A program made the translations under genes and the position numbers. Positions 1 through 9,433 of a stretch of 45,050 nucleotides of DNA are shown here, in pieces. The stretch comes from Fistulifera solaris (taxonomy: Eukaryota). Under the pieces are notes generated by a model. The model did not search any database. It saw nothing but the letters and a program-made list of their open reading frames with translations, and had not been told where the DNA came from. The stretch lies in NCBI GenBank assembly GCA_030295235.1, contig AP026126.1:2108001-2153050 (forward strand). The letters run 5' to 3'. Positions within the stretch are counted from its first letter, which is position 1, and every line of letters begins with the position of its first letter.

Positions 1-582
1 CTTTTGAAAGTGGCTCTTTTGTATATTGTCCTAGTTTGGATGTAACGGCGACTCTAGTTTTTATAGCTGTGTTATAAAGGAGATTTCAAACTATCTAATT
101 GGTAATGAATTATCCCGTAATTCTTTATCCACGGCGTGCGAATGTTTGATTTGAAACCCGGCTTTCAGAAACGTGGCGACTCGGCAAGACACTTGATCGG
201 AAAGCCAAGCAATGAGCAGCGCGCATAGAACACCATCCTCGAGTTGCTTTTTTTCCTTGAATGGTGATGTGCGTGCGGTATTTGTTACTCCGTACCTGGT
301 ATCATCGTAAGACTTCGAAGCTGATTTCGTGTGTTTCGAACAACTTCATTCTTCTTCCTACGCCCTTTTCCCTTTTTGTCGCAAAAGCGAAGAACGACGA
401 AAGTCTATGACATATGACGTCAGTCAGAAGCCGAAATAATAGCCCATACCTGGTACCGGTACCGGTACGTATGCGACAAGTGTACTGGTACAGGAAAACA
501 CCTCGGAAACACTCGCGACTCACGGTTCATGACTCATGACCTCATGACCCCCGACGACTCCGCCTCCGCACTCCGAAAACAG

Positions 583-647
583 CGTTAAAATTCTGCCTCA
601 TCGTTGACGTTACGTAGAATCCTGTACTGAGAGGCAGAATTTTAACG
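583..647. repeat. Perfect 17-bp inverted repeat with 31-nt spacer (hairpin or micro-MITE-like)
   Basis: CGTTAAAATTCTGCCTC at 583-599 and its exact reverse complement GAGGCAGAATTTTAACG at 631-647. Confidence 0.85.
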
Positions 648-822
648 TCCTTCCCCAACGCATTCGATCGTCTTTTTTTCTCGTGTCTCGTGTGACATGC
701 GATGAAACTCCTTTGTCATCGACTCGAACGCTTCGACTAACTTCATTACCAGTATCTGGTTCGAAACGTATTGAATATAATCGATATTTGATTAGTTAAA
801 AGCATTTGATGCAACCTTTTCC

Positions 823-1761
823 ATGTTCGATCAATGGAGATCAAAATTGAAAGAAGCCGCACTAAAGGCAGCCGAACAACTAAATTTCGATGAAATGGCT
901 CGCAATGACGAATACATACATAAAGAAGGTTTGAATGTCGTGCAAAAGGGAGAAAAGAAAAAAGCCACACCGGTTCCATCTCAAGAGATCGATCACTCCT
1001 CGTCATTGACATATTTTGAAGGACACGCTCAACAGAGTCTACTGAAGTTAACGAACGTATTGCCCTCGTCGCCGCATTCACTTGCTTCTTCGACACGTTC
1101 GGTAACTTCGATGCGACAGCACAGTTCTCTGAGATCCTCAGCTTATTCAGATTCGGATGAAGAAGCCCCTCACCGCGCTAGAAACGACGATTCTAGTGAA
1201 GACGAAAGCGAAAACGTTGTGCGAAAGAACAAATTACGATTCTTGGAAGATTTAGATCATCGCTTATCAAAACCGAATCAAGAACTGATATTGATGCCAC
1301 AATACACGGAAACGAATACGGCTACATCATCATCGGTATCGGAGTCTGTATCAACGGGATCGGCACTATGGTCATCACCTCAAAGGAATAGCAACAAGAA
1401 ACAGCCACTTTGGGCAAAACCAGCTCGTTCACAACTGCAGAATAAGCCAGATAAGGACGTGGAACCCTTAATTGTTACGACTACGACTTCCAGTGCTGTC
1501 TTGGATGACAGTGAAATGCAAGCATTGGCAGCATTGCAACAACAATCCTCTGCATCTTCTACAGAGTCGCTCATCTTTCTTTTCATGCCTCCTGTTTTAA
1601 TAACTTGGTGCTCGGGGATCGTACCTTCGTTACGACAATATCCGATGATCACTGGCCTGGTGTTTCTGATTTTTCTGTTCTATGTGCTCCGCGCCTACAG
1701 TCGATTGGCGGTTCCACTACTACTTGTACAAGGCGGATCGTCTTCTGCACTAATTCCATGA
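823..1761 (+). CDS. Hypothetical Ser-rich protein with C-terminal hydrophobic (membrane-anchor) segments
   Basis: Uninterrupted 312-aa ATG ORF; low-complexity S/D/E middle; hydrophobic stretches LIFLFMPPVLITW and MITGLVFLIFLFYVL near the end. No family recognised. Confidence 0.75.
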   Translation: MFDQWRSKLKEAALKAAEQLNFDEMARNDEYIHKEGLNVVQKGEKKKATPVPSQEIDHSSSLTYFEGHAQQSLLKLTNVLPSSPHSLASSTRSVTSMRQHSSLRSSAYSDSDEEAPHRARNDDSSEDESENVVRKNKLRFLEDLDHRLSKPNQELILMPQYTETNTATSSSVSESVSTGSALWSSPQRNSNKKQPLWAKPARSQLQNKPDKDVEPLIVTTTTSSAVLDDSEMQALAALQQQSSASSTESLIFLFMPPVLITWCSGIVPSLRQYPMITGLVFLIFLFYVLRAYSRLAVPLLLVQGGSSSALIP

Positions 1762-1829
1762 CGTTTATAAACTAGCAGACGAGTCCTACAAAATTGGCCC
1801 ATATGAATACAGCGTCTACTTTATGCAAT

Positions 1830-3309
1830 TTACGGCGATTCGGTAGTCCAATCGAGAAACAGCCGTGACAATCCTACGTAGAGGAGCACGTGGCGCGCAA
1901 CATACAATGCAAGTGTCGTCCCGGAGAGACTATTTGTCCAAACGTCGATCCAGTCCATCGCTCCAATCGACAAATAGGTTGTCGAGGCGACAATTCCCGC
2001 CAAATATTGAGATAGAACTGCCGATTGCGAAACGCGGATCGTCCATGCCGTCCGCCATTGCGTCGACTGTGGTTGCCATCCTTGTCGAGTAAGTTGCTGT
2101 TGCAAATCGCCCATGTGTTGGCATCCATACAATAGAGCAAATGTGTGAACTGGTTGGTCATTCTTCTGCTCCCACCTTGACATGCGTTGATCAACTTTAT
2201 TCTGTAACACATTTAGTGCTTTCTGATTGCGGAGTTGGATCCAGTCGCCTGTAGTTGCAGTACCGCTGGAATTTGTTGGCTGTTGTTGTAGCTGTACAAG
2301 TTCTTGTCCCATGAGTAGCCATTTCACTTGAAACCACTGTCCTGACAACAAAATTTGTACAATGGGCAAGGACGTCCAACCCAGGCGTGTTGACGACGAC
2401 GATTGGGAAAATAAAGTACTCGTATCAAAGACAAGAATGCTCAATTCAGGAGAGGGTACCGTACACCACAGTAGTGTCCTCAAAAGCCCCCCAAACGAAC
2501 CACCCGGCCAAAACAAATGTGTAAACAAGCGCCGTTCCTGCGACGAAAGAGATGGTAATGGAGGCCCTCCCTGTACAAGAGCTGCTTGTGCGACATTGGA
2601 CCACGTCTGTGATTTTGTGCGTTTCCATAGCGGTTGTTTAAAATTGAATCGATGTGATTTTGAGTTCGACGCTCTGGACGATAGAAAAGCTTCTAGTTCT
2701 TGTCGAGTCCAGTCTGCGTGATACCAATGGGATTGCTGATACTTCAAAGTGTCTACCTGACAGCACATTCGATATCGATCGCTTGTGGTGCTTGCGTCAT
2801 TCATGCCCCCCTGTTCCTTTTTTGATTTGTTGATTATATTGATGCACATAGGCACGATCGTATGGAGTCGCTTGTACGGGTTGTAGAAGCTGCCCTTGCG
2901 CATTAAACTGTTCCTGATCTGCCAGCAACTCAAATAATACGGTGGTAGCCGTATTGCAGAGTTTATTGTAATAGTGGTAGTAATCGAAGGCTCCGTAATG
3001 CACCATCGCGTGCAGTTCACAAATAGAATTCTCGTATTGTGGATGTTTCCATCGCGTGACGGCTGTCTGTAATTCCCAGGTTTGTGAATTCACAGGAAAC
3101 CATCGCACGTGCGGTGTATTGAAGGTTGAGGTAGAAATGAAAGGTGAAGAAATTTCGAATGTTGTGTCTTTAGCTGTTTCAAATAATAGTTGAGAGGAAA
3201 ATGTTTTTCGAGAAGCTATTACTTTCGTAACGAACGCATCAGCGAAATAAACGAACAACAATAATAATGGAAGAAAGCGATTGCGGAAGAAGGTGAAGGA
3301 GAGTCTCAT
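1830..3309 (-). CDS. Plastid-targeted conserved hypothetical protein, TraB/GumN-like superfamily (one frameshift near 2805-2825)
   Basis: ATG at 3309 gives a signal peptide ending FADAF (diatom ASAF-type cleavage). Motifs LQTAV, LHAMVHYG, VLFELL, CQVDTLKY, WYHAD, RNQKAL, ALLYGCQHMGDL and WRTAWTI are spread over ORFs 2797-3360 and 1830-3020, which join at adjacent A6/G6 runs. Confidence 0.7.
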
Positions 3310-3563
3310 AATATTGCTATCAGTATCTTTGCTTTGCATCAGTATGGCAAAGGAGTGCATGCATTCTTTATAGAATTGAAATACTGGTAACTATTTTCTT
3401 TTCTTTGCTTTTTTCACTCAAGATGTTGGTTTTTTTTTTTGCACGGCAATACGATATTCGATGAGCGATGAGTGTTTCCATTACGGTTCGTGCTACTTTT
3501 TGGGTGCAAAGAAACCACGTCACACGTCACTGATAACGTACGACTACTTTATTAAAGTACGGC

Positions 3564-3605
3564 ACAAACAACAAACAACAAACAACAAACCAAAGAACAA
3601 ACAAA
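3564..3605. repeat. (ACAAACA)n heptamer microsatellite
   Basis: About 4 tandem copies followed by degenerate AAAC. Confidence 0.75.
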
Positions 3606-3870
3606 TATTTTTTGAATGTATGATTTTCTCTACTTGTTAGTGACGGAGGAACGGCCCATTTAGTCCACTCTTAACGTGGTAATACTAGATTCCTAAAGTT
3701 GTTAGTCAACGCAGCAAAGTCAGCTTAGCTCTTAGCTAAATAACTAAATATAGGTGCTAGATATCAAAATGGACGACTTAGCTAACATTAAAAAGATCGT
3801 GTTTACTAGAGCAATTTATTTTAGATATCGTTTCATGGTAACATGTCACTAAATTGAACAAATCTTTTCC

Positions 3871-4702
3871 TTAGGCCGCACTTGCACGATGATTGTTTGC
3901 ATTACGCTGATTTTGCTGCTGTTGTCTTAACTGCATCAACTGCTGCATTTGTATCAAGCGAGCCTGCTGATTTGCGATTTTCTCTTGTTGTTGTTGGCGT
4001 TGCTGCTGTGACAAACTGATGGCGTGCTGCAACAAAATGCGGTTTGCTTCTTCCTGTTGCTGCAAATGCAATTCTAACAAACGTAAATTGGTCGGCGCGT
4101 AATTGGAGAACTGTTGAGTCGGAGCGCTCGCCTTGTTGTTGCTGTTACCATTGTACACCGAAGGTTCCTTTGTCAATGCTGCTAGCAAAGCAGGTGTCAC
4201 TGGAATTGAAGTCGCAGCATTGGTTGATGCGGCCGCTGCTTGTGTTGGAGCCTCGGTTGAAGCAGCCATTGCAAGCATGGTGCGCGCATTCTTGCAGAAC
4301 ATCTGCGTCGTCAAGTGGGGTTTGTCTCGTAAGAAAAACTCGTGGTAATATGCACCCAATTCCGGGCCTGAGCTCACGCGCGTAAAGTTCCTTTCGTACA
4401 TAGAAGAGAGAATGCATTGTAAGTATTAAAATAAATATAAAGTCACTGCAACGAAATGCACAAGCGCTTACCATCGATTAAGCTTTCGCGTAAAACTCGA
4501 ATATTTGGCTCGACGAGGGAAGAACCTTGGCATAATTGTGGAAGCAAATAAATCACGTTTACGAACAATGAATGCCTTTCCGTGCGGTAGCCATGAGATT
4601 GCCTCATGGTTCCTTTCGTCGTCAAGTATTTCCATTAAACGTTGTGGGAAAATCTTCGAGTCATCTTCTTCGTGATCTGAGGCTGTGAGGTCTTCTCGTT
4701 GG

Positions 4703-4746
<44 letters not shown>

Positions 4747-4752
4747 AGCCAT
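3871..4752 (-). CDS. Heat shock transcription factor (HSF DNA-binding domain), poly-Asn N-terminus, Gln-rich C-terminus; 2 exons
   Basis: IFPQRLMEIL..AISWLPHGKAF..KYSSFTRKLNRW|NFTRV..GAYYHEFFLRDKP. GT-AG intron 4391-4471 (TG|GTAAGC..AAAG|G) restores W-N-F. Probable ATG at 4752 (MANNN). Confidence 0.92.
4702..4746 (-). repeat. (AAC)n coding trinucleotide repeat (poly-Asn)
   Basis: About 15 GTT units on the + strand within HSF exon 1. Confidence 0.9.
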
Positions 4753-6595
4753 TTCGTATCGAGCGATGTGTTTTTGTGTCAAGACAAGTTTGAAAGCGAT
4801 CTTTGTGCTTTGTTATTCCGGAGTAAAGTACGATAATGAACTTCTCAAATGGCTTGTTGCGTTGTGACTCGTTTCAAAACTTTCTCTTCCGTCGGACACC
4901 CAAGACATCCATGGCCTTTTTGGCACCAGCAGAGGCAGAGCAGAGGTGGACGAGATTGCCGTGTCTTCGAGGAAAAAACAAAGACCACTATGGGATCACA
5001 AGTGTAGTTGATCGTCACTTGCCACGCACAAGACAGGATAACCGGCCTTTTACCAAAGCAATGAAGAGCCTGTGTTCTTCACTGATGATGCGAATGACCG
5101 GCTTCTTTGTGTAATTTACGGAGTACACTATTCTACTTCAATAATAGCTCGTGCTTTAAATCCGTCCCTTGTCCTTTCTCCCCCAAAATCCAGTCTTCCT
5201 GGATGTTCCAGGAATCCAAGTCCGAGAAACCATATGGATAATACTGAAGCACTTAGGGATGAGATCCCTACTAAAATGGCTCCTCTATTTTTTCGATGTT
5301 TCTTGCTTAGCGTTTAACGTGGCAATTCTAGAGGGGATCTGTGAATAAACTACGGACCAAAAAAAGACCTCCACCACTCTACACTCTACACTTTACAATC
5401 TACAAGATATTGCAAACAGATTAACAAGAAAATGGTACATCATACAAAATACTCATTCAATTATACGATAGGGAAATCGGCGTGGCTTGTGCTTGCCCCA
5501 ACGCGCGGTTTAGTGAACTGTTGTGACTATTTATTGTTCATACAAGTACAAAGTACGTAGCATGTGTTGCCTTGCGGGTTACGGAGTTAATCGTTAACCA
5601 CTTACGACTTAGACCTTGCATTAGTACTGCACATCCGGTTCTTCGGAGTTTTTTTTAGTCGGTTCATTTGCTGTTATTTCTTTGCAATTTGCAATGTGCC
5701 ATGTGTCGTCTATTGCCTAACAGCAATAAGAGACGGTTGTACCTAGTCATACCGTCATACCTCCTCTCCGAGAGACGTTTTAAATCCGATGCAAGATGCA
5801 AGACAAATTCATGCAAGTAATTCTTACGCACTTGTGCAGATTTAATGAGTATAATCTCTAATAGAAACGGTTGACAAATGACAACCTTGCTTTCATGTTT
5901 TATTTACCATGGATGAGCGACTTTTCAAGAGCCCAATGCCCGTGGCTCCAAGAGCAAAGAACAAGCCCTCTCGATTGTTCTCAATTCTGAATTCTCAATC
6001 CTATCCCTCACAATGTCACATGTCTCATGACAGAAATGCAGTCGTGGTGTCGTTGAACGTTGAACAGCACACCGGGCCCAAGGCAACGATCCGCAGGCTT
6101 TTTGACGTAACTAGTGAGGCGTGCATGGAATGCTGATGCAAATTGTTTTGAAATGCGTTGTTGATTCATCTGCAGGAGATTCAAAGCTCACGACCACAGA
6201 CTGGTACCTGGTACCAGGTACCAGGTATTCTGGATGACAAAGACCATGATGAATGATGATTCATGACTCATGACTGAAATACAGTCGTGGTATCGTAAAA
6301 AGCAAATCAATGATTCAGTTGACGAAGAATAATCAAGGCTTAAATTGTCAGTCTGGTGAGAGAGATGTTCACCTCAATCTAAATTTGTTTTGAAATGCAA
6401 CGCATGGGTAATCGTTTTCTATAGATTTGCATTGTAAAATGGGATTTGTAGGTTGGCGTCCGTGCTCCGTCTGTCCTCGCCCGTCAACTTTCGACGATCG
6501 AGAACCATGGAGATGCGAAAACGCTCATTTATTTTGTTTTTAAGCGCATCTTTCGTGATTGTTGGTTTTTTCACTCAAGGTGACGACGAAGTAGG

Positions 6596-8230
6596 ATGAA
6601 TTCGACTAGTATTGCTTCATCTCCGTCCCCTTCGACAGTTCAAAAACAAGCTGCCGCTTTGGGTGCTCTCGTACATCGCTCAGCGTGGGCGACATCGAAT
6701 CCAAATCCTTTGACTCGCTTGGCTTTACATAATGTACGCTCCGCTTTTGGGGAATGTGTCGAAGTCGTCGCTGATATATTGCAAGCGAAATGCGGACGCA
6801 CTTTGCGTCAATTACTTCTTTTGTTAAAACCGGAAATGGATGCGCCGACAGTACGGGCGGCGCTACTTGTCTTGATGCAACACAGTTTAGCGTCGTTTCA
6901 ACCGTCGACAAATACATATAACTTTCATTTAGATGCAGCTTTGCGTATTTTGCGGTGGCCACGTTACTTGGAATGTACCAAAAAGATCATTGATGAAACA
7001 GCTGCTTGGGTTTTAGAGTCTTTGATGTTGCAAGGACGATGGAGGACAGTCGATCTTCTCGCCCACGTGTCGGTGCCGAAGAAGTCGGATCGATATACAT
7101 CACGTGAACAAGTTTTACAAGCGTTGTACAAACTCGTTCATATGGGTTGTGTAATACCGGCCAAGCCACTCGCTTCGCCCCTCGACAAAGAGGAAGAGCA
7201 GGAACTAATCGTTGACAGTAAGGTTACTGAAGAACCACCGACGAAACGAGTCAAAATCGAAGAGCCGTTTTCCACATGTGAAGAAAATTTTGAGGATCCC
7301 ACCGTCATTGCCCTGCTAGAAGGATCCGCGCACTATAAAGCCACATTACCGATCGATACTGTTTGGAAAGTCAACGCTGCATTCTTTCATGATCGACTCC
7401 GTGCCAATACCTTGGGAAAACTCGTACATGAACGGTTTGGAGCCAAAATACCATCTTGCGGCAGCTTTGTGCAAGCCGCTTTGCTGCATCGTGTAACACT
7501 CAAACATGGAAAACAACATTCCGAACGAGACGATGTTTCTTTGTTTACGCCTCAAGATTTGATTCAGCACATGCCAAAACCCGTCTTGCAAACACTCGAA
7601 AAGAGATCTGGAGGTGTGCTTAACAATTTAACTTTGTCTCTTCAAGAATTATCTCGTTTACAACACCCAACGGTTCTTCGATTGCATGCTGACGACCTGT
7701 TTGAAGTAGACATCACAAGTCTAATGGAATACCTTCACAAACGTATGGCCAACAAGATTGTGTGCGATCGCAGCGGAGAGACCGCTGGCCGTATCTTGTC
7801 AATTTTATCTGTTTTGGGATCCTTGGAAAGCGATAAAATTGCGCAACATGCCATGGTACCCGTCAAAGATACGCGAGAGATACTGCACCGAATGTATCGA
7901 CAAAATTACTTGGAACTCATGACACTGAATCGTTCGGCATCAACGTCGATGCAGCACTATGTTTGGTTGGTAGCGGAACAGTTTTCACAAGTGATTGTAC
8001 GTGACACCGCACAGGCTCTCTACAATCTCCGATTGCGTCGACAGCGACAAGTGCAAGTTGGGAAGGAATGGATTGAACGTGCGCAGCAAGCCTCTGTTAC
8101 GGAAGAAAATGATCATGAAACAGATCGAGTGAATTATCAAAAGTTTTGTGTAGGATTGGAACGCCTGGATCATGCGGTCTTGCAATTGGATGAAACGCTC
8201 ATGATTTTGCGAGATTTTCAGTTCCGATAA
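6596..8230 (+). CDS. RPC3: DNA-directed RNA polymerase III subunit RPC3 (C82/RPC62)
   Basis: 544-aa ORF with N-terminal FGECVEVVADILQAKCGRTL..VRAALLVLMQH..LRWPRYL winged-helix pattern, LESDKIAQHAMVPVKDTREILHRMY, and a C-terminal coiled coil ending LDETLMIL. Confidence 0.85.
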   Translation: MNSTSIASSPSPSTVQKQAAALGALVHRSAWATSNPNPLTRLALHNVRSAFGECVEVVADILQAKCGRTLRQLLLLLKPEMDAPTVRAALLVLMQHSLASFQPSTNTYNFHLDAALRILRWPRYLECTKKIIDETAAWVLESLMLQGRWRTVDLLAHVSVPKKSDRYTSREQVLQALYKLVHMGCVIPAKPLASPLDKEEEQELIVDSKVTEEPPTKRVKIEEPFSTCEENFEDPTVIALLEGSAHYKATLPIDTVWKVNAAFFHDRLRANTLGKLVHERFGAKIPSCGSFVQAALLHRVTLKHGKQHSERDDVSLFTPQDLIQHMPKPVLQTLEKRSGGVLNNLTLSLQELSRLQHPTVLRLHADDLFEVDITSLMEYLHKRMANKIVCDRSGETAGRILSILSVLGSLESDKIAQHAMVPVKDTREILHRMYRQNYLELMTLNRSASTSMQHYVWLVAEQFSQVIVRDTAQALYNLRLRRQRQVQVGKEWIERAQQASVTEENDHETDRVNYQKFCVGLERLDHAVLQLDETLMILRDFQFR

Positions 8231-8831
8231 ACCAGTAATGCTTCACATAGGCACAGCATACGAATAGGTCAACTGAGAGACTGCATGTAAGTGCTTTACT
8301 CACTCTACGAATATGTCTGATGAAATCTGTCAATGGGACTTGGACTGGCGTGCTCGCTACCAGGTTTAGTTTTGGGATTCCAATCTACTCCTTAGCACTA
8401 ATGACGCATGCAGCCGATCTTGATGAATTACCTGGTACTATTGATGACGCCGTCATTGTCGCATTTACTAATTAACTGTATCGCACAATCTGATGGTTTT
8501 CGTTTTTAAAAAGTTTTACCTCTTTCGGGCTTACGTAAGCACTGCAACGTAGCTCACAGTGAACGGGACTGGCATCCATTTCAATCACGTGACTTAACAC
8601 CTACCCCTACTCTAAATTAGACAGTAGACTTGGGGAATATAAATGAAACTGAAGCCGACCAAAACCAAAACAGTCGTCGACAACCAACTCATAGCGCCAG
8701 TTGCGAAGGAAGAAAGCATTCGTTGCGAGAAAGTAAACAAAAGCTAAGTGCTTGTTAAATCGGTCGCGAAGGAAAACCTACAACTTTAGAGTAACTCTTT
8801 TCTTTTATCAAAAGTAAAGGAATCGACTTAA

Positions 8832-9296
8832 ATGATGAAGCTTTTCCTTCTATCAATTCATTTGTTGTCGTTACTTCTTCTAGCGAATGGCTTTCGCGTT
8901 GCTAAACGGAATGAAAGAGGAGTTGCGACTTTGCTTTCAGCTCGATCGACGTCATCCTCTCGACGACAATGGTTCGTGCAAACTTCTTCGGCTTTACTTT
9001 CTTTGACCGGGGCTGCTCCATCCTACGCAGCTGTTTCGAATGATTCGCAGCGCACTATCTATATTACGGGAAAACCTCCGATATTGCCCGGAGAGTCGAG
9101 GAGTCAAGGCAAAAATAATAACAGCAATACGCAAGGTACACGCAAAGATCCCAACTTTTTGCGCAGTATTTCTGACTGTAAGAGTCAGTGTGAGTTACAA
9201 GGCACGAAATCTAAAGAAGAATGTTTAAGCGAGTGTCAGGATATTTGCTGCAAGACATATGAGCAATGTACATTTGCAATTGTTCCCAGGATTTAA
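8832..9296 (+). CDS. Small plastid/thylakoid-lumen-type protein with Cys-rich C-terminus
   Basis: Signal peptide ending ANGF; twin-Arg motif SSRRQWF, hydrophobic stretch and AxA-like site (SYAA); C-terminus CKSQC..CLSECQDICCKTYEQC with 7 Cys. Confidence 0.75.
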   Translation: MMKLFLLSIHLLSLLLLANGFRVAKRNERGVATLLSARSTSSSRRQWFVQTSSALLSLTGAAPSYAAVSNDSQRTIYITGKPPILPGESRSQGKNNNSNTQGTRKDPNFLRSISDCKSQCELQGTKSKEECLSECQDICCKTYEQCTFAIVPRI

Positions 9297-9433
9297 CATG
9301 AAAGTCAATATTCGGTTTTCAGACGATGGCTACAATGAATACGGAGTAATTTTAAAAAGCTAAGCAGATAACACCAACCTTCTTCTCACACCTTGGATAG
9401 CTTCTTCCTCGGTTCCTGCTTTCACTGCGTCCA

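Noticed and set aside
92..523. Minus-strand open frames at the window start
   Set aside because: An ~84-codon frame lacks an ATG and has no recognisable motif.
4836..6170. Short ORFs between HSF and RPC3
   Set aside because: No motifs; consistent with a divergent promoter region.
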